A stretch of 64,000 nt of DNA, taken from assembly GCA_951406725.2 (NCBI GenBank), contig OX597829.1, positions 2,604,001-2,668,000 of the forward strand. The letters run 5' to 3'. The notes below the pieces were generated by a model. That model worked only from the letters and a program-made list of their open reading frames with translations, did not search any database and had not been told where the DNA came from. Every line of letters starts with the position of its first letter. The first letter of the stretch is position 1. Positions 57,037-64,000 of the stretch are shown piece after piece. The DNA is from Octopus vulgaris (Eukaryota). The position numbers and the translations under genes were made by a program.

Positions 57037-57270
57037 GGCGGCGATCTGGCAGAATCGTTAGCACGCCGGGTGAAATGCTTAGCGGTATTTCGTCTGCCGC
57101 TACGTTGTGAGTTCAAATTCCGCCGAGGTCGACTTTGCCTTTCATCCTTTCAGGGTCGATTAAATAAGTACCAGTTACGCACTGGGGTCGATGTAATCGA
57201 CTTAATACATATGTCTGTCCTTGTTTGTCCCCTCTGTGTTTAGCCCCTTGTGGGGAGTAAAGAAATAGGT
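57037..57270 (+). mobile_element. Full-length SINE family A
   Basis: TSD ggttattat(a/t)acctc (57020-57034 / 57268-57282) overlaps the SINE's terminal GGT. Confidence 0.93.
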
Positions 57271-57296
57271 TATTATTACCTCTAACTTAACTCACC

Positions 57297-57356
<60 letters not shown>

Positions 57357-58619
57357 CTAACAAATGGTTTAAGTTGCCTTAGTCGTATTATTTTCACCAA
57401 ATAATTGAACTATCGAGTAAGTTTATGAGTAGCACAGCAATCTATGTTTTCGATTAACCTAGGAAGAGAAAACAAAATTGAAGGCTGGTTATTGTTGAGG
57501 TCATTGCACTTTGATGATCATAGAACATAAGTTTGCAAGCGATGCAAAGCAGAGCTACTGAAGTGTTTTTGGGGAGTAGATTACGGATAATGACTACAAA
57601 ATATAGTTGTTTTACATGAAAGTTAAATTTCATGTCAGAAACAGCCACATAAATGGTGTAGGAGATTGAAGGAAGACGGCGAAACATCCCCTCTGCGAGT
57701 TTATTTTATTCAATAATCAAGGGAGCTATTTTTCGGAGAGAGGTATGATTGATACTTTTAAACGTGGTAATATAATACTTACTTGAAGAAGCAGAGTTTA
57801 AGGAATGTATTTGCTACGTGCTTCTAATGTACGACCACTCTGAAACTGACTTTCAGGTAACGAGAAATGAAGGCATGAAGAGTTTGACTTCAATTCACGA
57901 ATACTGCTTTGAATCTTAAGCAGTTCGCTGTGAAAAGATGTCGCGTTCGAAATATCATAATGGATGGGTAAATAAGCATCCTTAAAGTGAAACAACGCAT
58001 TGGTAGGCAAACAAATGTATCAACAAATAGAAGAGAGGGAATGGAACATCACCTTTCAAGTAACTCAGAATGGGTAAAGGTAAGCTTGCCAAAGTTTGAT
58101 GCGGTTTAAATGTGGAGATTAAAATTGTACAGTGTTCCTTGTCAATTTAATCACCGTCGCTGGTGGACCCTCGAAATAAATAAATAGACAAAATCCTTTC
58201 ACTTTTATAATATTCTCTAACCAAGTAATAATACACAATTACAACATATAAATAAATAATAAATCAAAAACATGTGAAAACCACTAAGAATTATTCTCTA
58301 ATGCCAATATACGACTATATATATATTAGAAAAGCATGGAAGACCCTACAAACAAAACAACTGTGAACATACAAAACAACTATGTACATACAACGAATTA
58401 TAGAAAAATCTGTGTCAAACATCATTTTTCCCGGTTTGTCCATTTACGCGGTACTATGGGCAAAATGTTATAGTGCATGACCATCCTTGGCACATAAGTA
58501 ATGTATGTGTAAAGTTTGGTGAAAATTGGTTGAGAATTGTGGAAATGTATGCGTTAATCAATATACACACACATACTGTAATTTATATATACTAGATATA
58601 CATAGATATAGTGAACTTT

Positions 58620-59385
58620 TAAATTCCGTACGTTAATAACGTTGTCAATCTCTCTCCATTTTAATATTTTTCTCTCTTTCCCTCTTTTTCTCTCCTTTTC
58701 CAGCACACCTAAATATAAATCCTTCCTCCTCCACCTTCACTACAACTTCAAAAACCTTCGCCATACTGGACCGTTGAACTCAGCACTTTTTTCTCTCTCC
58801 ATTTTTTAAAAATCTCTCTTCATTTTTTGCCCCTTAATTCTTTCTGTCGAAGAGCGTGGGATCGAAACGTGAAAGACATTTCCATTTTCCTCGAGTGTTA
58901 AACTAATACACCTGCTTGTTGTTCCTACATTTGTATTCGTCTTTTGTTTTTCTGTAAATTTGAACTATACATTATACGCTCACGTGGTTATCCCAGTTTG
59001 ATCCTTCCTGACTGAACATCCTACTCTTATGAACTTCCATCATAACTACTTCCTCATCCACATAACCAGTATTCCACCGGATCTTCGTACACTTTCGGAA
59101 TCTATCTCCACTGACCTCACTGGCAATTTTCGTTGATGTAAATCGCTTTAATCTACCACGATTTTTGAACTTTCTGAACTTGACGTACGTTAATAACTCT
59201 CTCTCCATTTAAACTTTTTTCTCTCTCTTTCTCTTTTTTTTTCTGTTTTTCCTTTCTGGCATGCCTAACTATAAATCCTTCCTCTTCCACCTTCACCACC
59301 AACTAAAACAAACCCTCACCGTGTTGGACCGTTCACCTCTGCACTTTTTTACTCTCACCATGTTTTTCATTCTCTCTCCTAGTTC
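58620..59385 (+). mobile_element. Penelope-like remnant with partial tandem pLTR and a decayed hammerhead (58839-58876)
   Basis: Direct repeat ~58627-58800 / ~59185-59360; motif UCUUU-CUGUCGA-A-GAGC..GAUC-GAAACGUG-AAAGA. Confidence 0.55.
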
Positions 59386-59437
59386 ATACAACAAGCAATA
59401 AAACGAGTAGATTATAATTGACGTATGAATGTGTGAG

Positions 59438-59485
<48 letters not shown>

Positions 59486-60572
59486 CATGTATGTAAGTAC
59501 GAATGAATAGAAACAGAAACAGTTTAACAAAAAAGTTTAAATTTGTTTTTTCAGCGCATAACTGAACAATGACCCTCAAATTAAATGCTCGTGCACGCGC
59601 GCACACACACACGTACGCACACACACACACACACATACACACACACACACCGACGCACACATACACATACATATACTGGCACTTTTAAACTTCATTATTT
59701 TTATGAGGCATTGAAAAGTGGTCTTACTTTATGAACGAACAAGAAATGTTCTCAAATGTAAATTTTGAATTTAGCTTTCGTTATAAAATTACATCTAACA
59801 AAAGCTAAAAGCGATTTTTTTTTTTTGCTTTAGAATTATTACATATATTCTCAAATGTTTTTTCATTAAATCGAACTTTTTTCTTTCTTTTGTCTATATT
59901 TTTCGTCATTTTGTACTATTCCAAATCATCAATCATCCGAAATTTCCATAAATGGTGGGGCAAAATAAGTAATTTCTGATTTCTTGTCATTCTATTTGCT
60001 TGAAAATGTTATTTTGCAAGTATTACAACATTTGTTCTGTTGCATCATCTTTGGGAGTAAAAATTGATCAGCATAGTTGTTGCTGAAGTTGCGAGAGTTT
60101 TAAAACAGTCATGTAACAGGTACTTTTCTTTCAAGAAATATCTCAACTTCGACCCGATTGCAATTGAGGTTGATAATTTTTGGTGTTTAACAATTAATAT
60201 CCTTTGCTTTTTTGGGTTCCATGTCAATTTTTCCTACACTAATGTCTAATTATATAATTTTCCATTCTCAAAAAATGATGTCTAAATTGGGGCAAAATGA
60301 GTAATGGCAAATTTCAATATTGGCAGTATTTCAGATCAGAACACCCACATGTTAGATTTTCTCCGTTTTTACGGTGATTTTTTCCAATTTCTTTTTCACC
60401 ACAGTCTAATTTTAGCATTCTTTGGTATACTCACCAGGACTGTCAAAATTTGATCAAATCGGACTATATGATTGTTCGTTAATTTCCGTAAAAATTTTTT
60501 ATTCATTTCCTTTTGTTTTAAAGTGAAAGAGGAGACAGTAAAAGATGTATGTACGTGTATATGAAATGGACT

Positions 60573-60611
<39 letters not shown>

Positions 60612-60774
60612 AAGAGAATGAAGAGTTGTGTTGTCGTGTAAATGTAAATACATAAATACATATGCATACATCTTTTTGTATATGTGCGTGCATGTGTGTG
60701 TGTGTATGTGTGTGTGTGTGTGTCAGAAAGACAGAGAGAGAGAGAGAGTGTGCCACTTAGACACACCCCTTCAC

Positions 60775-60813
<39 letters not shown>

Positions 60814-60948
60814 TGCATACAAAAAAGAGATGTATGCATATGTATTTATGTATGTACGTGTATATGAACGATAATGTAAGAGAGCGAATGAGTGAGTACC
60901 ACTTACACATATATGCAAAAAGTACATACATGATAACAAACACTTTCA

Positions 60949-61000
<52 letters not shown>

Positions 61001-61814
61001 TACACACACACACACACAAAAACGTCCATTTCATATACACGTCTTTCACTTTCTCCTCTCTTTCACTTTCTGTCCTCAGGGGTATACTGAAAAAATATCC
61101 TAATTTTTTCTCACTACCATTTCTTCCCTTCCTTAACCCCACCCGGACCGATTTTGGTCATTTTCTTTGTGTGTGTGTGTGTGTGTGTGTGTGGTACACA
61201 CACTCACCAAGAAACGAGAAAACGAGCAACTTTATAGGGTTTCGTGGAGGTGCATGCATATATTAGAAAGAGAGATAACTGGTATATATAGCTTTGAGTG
61301 TGTGTGCGTATATGTGTATGAGTGTATGCGTGCGCGTACATGTTCGTTTGTTCATTAAAAGTGTTTATTTACATTTTATATGCAATTAAAGGCATGAAAC
61401 GATTGAATTCATAATTATTGGTGATAATCAAAATAATTCGGTCAGAGAGGAAGGAGAAAAAGGAGAGAAGGAAGCGGTGCAGGAGAAAGAGACAAAGAGC
61501 GACAGAGACAGAGGTTGGTCTTGCATTGCTCGGGTAATTTATTACTAAAAGGTTTCGTTATCTCTGTTGTATTTTTAGGTTGAGTTTTGAAAGTAAACAC
61601 GGCCAGACAGGGACTACGAGAAACAAAATAATTTAACAACTATATACAAATAATATTGATTGTGTTCTTTCAAAGAACATGACAATAGTGACACTAGGGT
61701 AACAGTTGAGGTGGTAGCAGCTGGATGGTTGTTCTGTGATGTTTTTTACCCCTTTCTTTTCATTCTATATGGTCTAAAAGTTGTCTAAATAGACTGAAGG
61801 TCCTCAGATCTGGA

Positions 61815-62015
61815 GTGATATACATATACACACGAACATATATAGATACATACACATACACATACAGATATGTTTGTATATATAGACACATGTATATATA
61901 CACACATGCATACATACACACATGCAATACATACATATATACATACATACATACACATACATGTGTGTGTATATGTATGTATGTATGTATGTATGTGTGT
62001 GTGTATGTATGTATG

Positions 62016-62046
<31 letters not shown>

Positions 62047-62225
62047 GTATGTATGTGTGTGTGTATGTATGTATGTATGTTTGTATGTGTGTGTGTATGT
62101 ATGTATGTTTGTATGTATGTATGTATGTATGTATGTGTGTGTATGTATGTATGTATGTATGTATGTATGTATGTATGCATGTATGTATGTATGTGTGTGT
62201 GTATGTATGTATGTATGTATGTATG

Positions 62226-62256
<31 letters not shown>

Positions 62257-62525
62257 GTATGTATGTGTGTGTGTATGTATGTATGTATGTATGTATGTGT
62301 GTGTGTATGTATGTATGTATGTATGTATGTATGTATGTATGTATGCATGGATGGATGGATGGATGGATGGATGGTTGGATGCATGTTTGTATGTATCTAT
62401 ATATACAAACATATCCGTATGTGTGTATGTATGTATCTATATATGTTTGTGTGTATGCGTGTATGTATGTACGTGTATGTATGTATGTTTGTATGTATGT
62501 ATGTATATATGTATGCATGTATGTG
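61815..62525. repeat. Mixed (CATA)/(TATG)/(GATG) microsatellite
   Basis: Direct reading of the sequence. Confidence 0.95.
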
Positions 62526-63815
62526 GCATCGTCCGTTTTTTTGTCCCTGTTTCGTATACATTCGATCCTTTTTTCCAAGAAATCTAATGCTCGTAGCTTA
62601 GTTTTTCCTTGGGGCTGGCCAGATCGGAGCAATCTCAAGATTAATTAGCCGAAATTGCGAGGATGATCCGGTTCTTTACTGAAGATTAGAGGCTTCGAAT
62701 GACCCGTCCGTTTTTTGTGTTGTCTATTTGAATATTTTGCGTTCTTGTCCCATTTTGTATTTTTATATATATTTTTTATATATAAATTATTGCTGCGTAA
62801 CGTACACCTTGTTCTCTTATATGCATGTATGTATACAAGATTGGCCAAAAGTCACCTAACAGTAAATCAAAACCCATTTAATTCCAAGATTAAAACAAAA
62901 AATTATTTTATATGAGACTTCGCTAATAAAAAGACAAATGTTGAAAACGAAAAATGGTGATTTTAACTCAAAGAATTCATAATTGGAATGAATAAATACA
63001 ATTCCATTTTGACTATTCATGGAATTTTTATTTACTGTTGGGCGGCTTTTGGCCTACCCTGTATGTATATAAGTGGTTTTCGTCACCGTTTACAATTATC
63101 TTTTAAAATTTTTCATATGTATCCTATAAATATAATTTTTGACGCTGGATCCAGATTTGTTATTCATTTGTTCCAGAAAAATTTTGCAAAAATGTTACAG
63201 GTGTTCAAAGCTTGATAATTTTTTAGAATTTTTAGCCAATCAAACATTTTAAGCGCATTCGCTACCTTTTTCATCATCAGGGAAAAACGTTACTACTTCC
63301 CTTGTACACGCACACACATACACACATATACTCACACAGAGTTGAAACACTGTTTGATTTTTTCTTTTCAGCGTTGAATGTTCACCATACAACTTCCATT
63401 GCACACACGCACACACACAAACACACGCACAAACATTTACGTACCTCCCGTTTACATACACACACATATACTCACAGAGAGTCGAAACGCACCTAACACA
63501 AGTTTGCCATCACCCCTTCCTTCCTTATTCGTCTATCACCCTTTCCTTTCTCATTCGTATGTTCTGACGGAGAAAAACACAAGAGTATTAGAGTAAGAAG
63601 ATTATCTTTCTTGTATCTCCTTTTTTTTCCTTGTGCGCGTGCGCAGCTTCTTTGGGTACAATGGAAAGAGAGCTTTTCGCCACGGTGATGTGCAAAATAT
63701 TCGCTTCTGATTGGCTAAAATACCCAAAGTTTGCAATTTTTAGAGGCTAATAACTTTTTAAGTATGAATTTATATCGAAAATTAATTTGTAATCAGTGAC
63801 GAAAACCACAAAGAT

Positions 63816-63816
<1 letters not shown>

Positions 63817-63876
<60 letters not shown>

Positions 63877-63913
63877 CTCTCTAGTTTCAGCTCAGAGCTG
63901 CGGCCATGCTGAT

Positions 63914-63993
<80 letters not shown>

Positions 63994-64000
63994 GATAAAT
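63817..64000. repeat. (TA)n, a SINE-tail remnant and (GATA)n
   Basis: Direct reading of the sequence. Confidence 0.9.

Overview
AT-rich, repeat-saturated animal intergenic or intronic DNA. It is most likely from an octopod cephalopod; this is an inference from the GC-rich, expanded rRNA fragments, the SINE families and the huge (TA)n/(CATA)n/(AAT)n microsatellite load. No intact host protein-coding gene is supported, and the long ORFs are microsatellite artefacts. Main contents: (i) a nest of decayed R4/Dong-type non-LTR retrotransposons in (AAT)n tracts (0.4-8.6 kb), one interrupted by a solo LTR; (ii) many tRNA-derived SINEs, including an 11-unit tandem array and a 47-bp minisatellite born from a SINE tail plus target-site duplication (TSD); (iii) a 5-kb orphan rDNA block (partial 28S, spacer/5'ETS, partial 18S; minus strand) bracketed by nested short direct repeats; (iv) relics of Tx1/L1, RTE, CR1-like, Penelope, mariner, hAT and Helitron elements; (v) about a dozen minimal type-I hammerhead-ribozyme-like motifs in short, often (TA)n-flanked and partly inverted Penelope-like modules. 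These include one canonical copy, a G3-C8 compensatory core variant and recurrent U4C cores. Element family names come from motif recognition, not database searches, and boundaries without a TSD are approximate.
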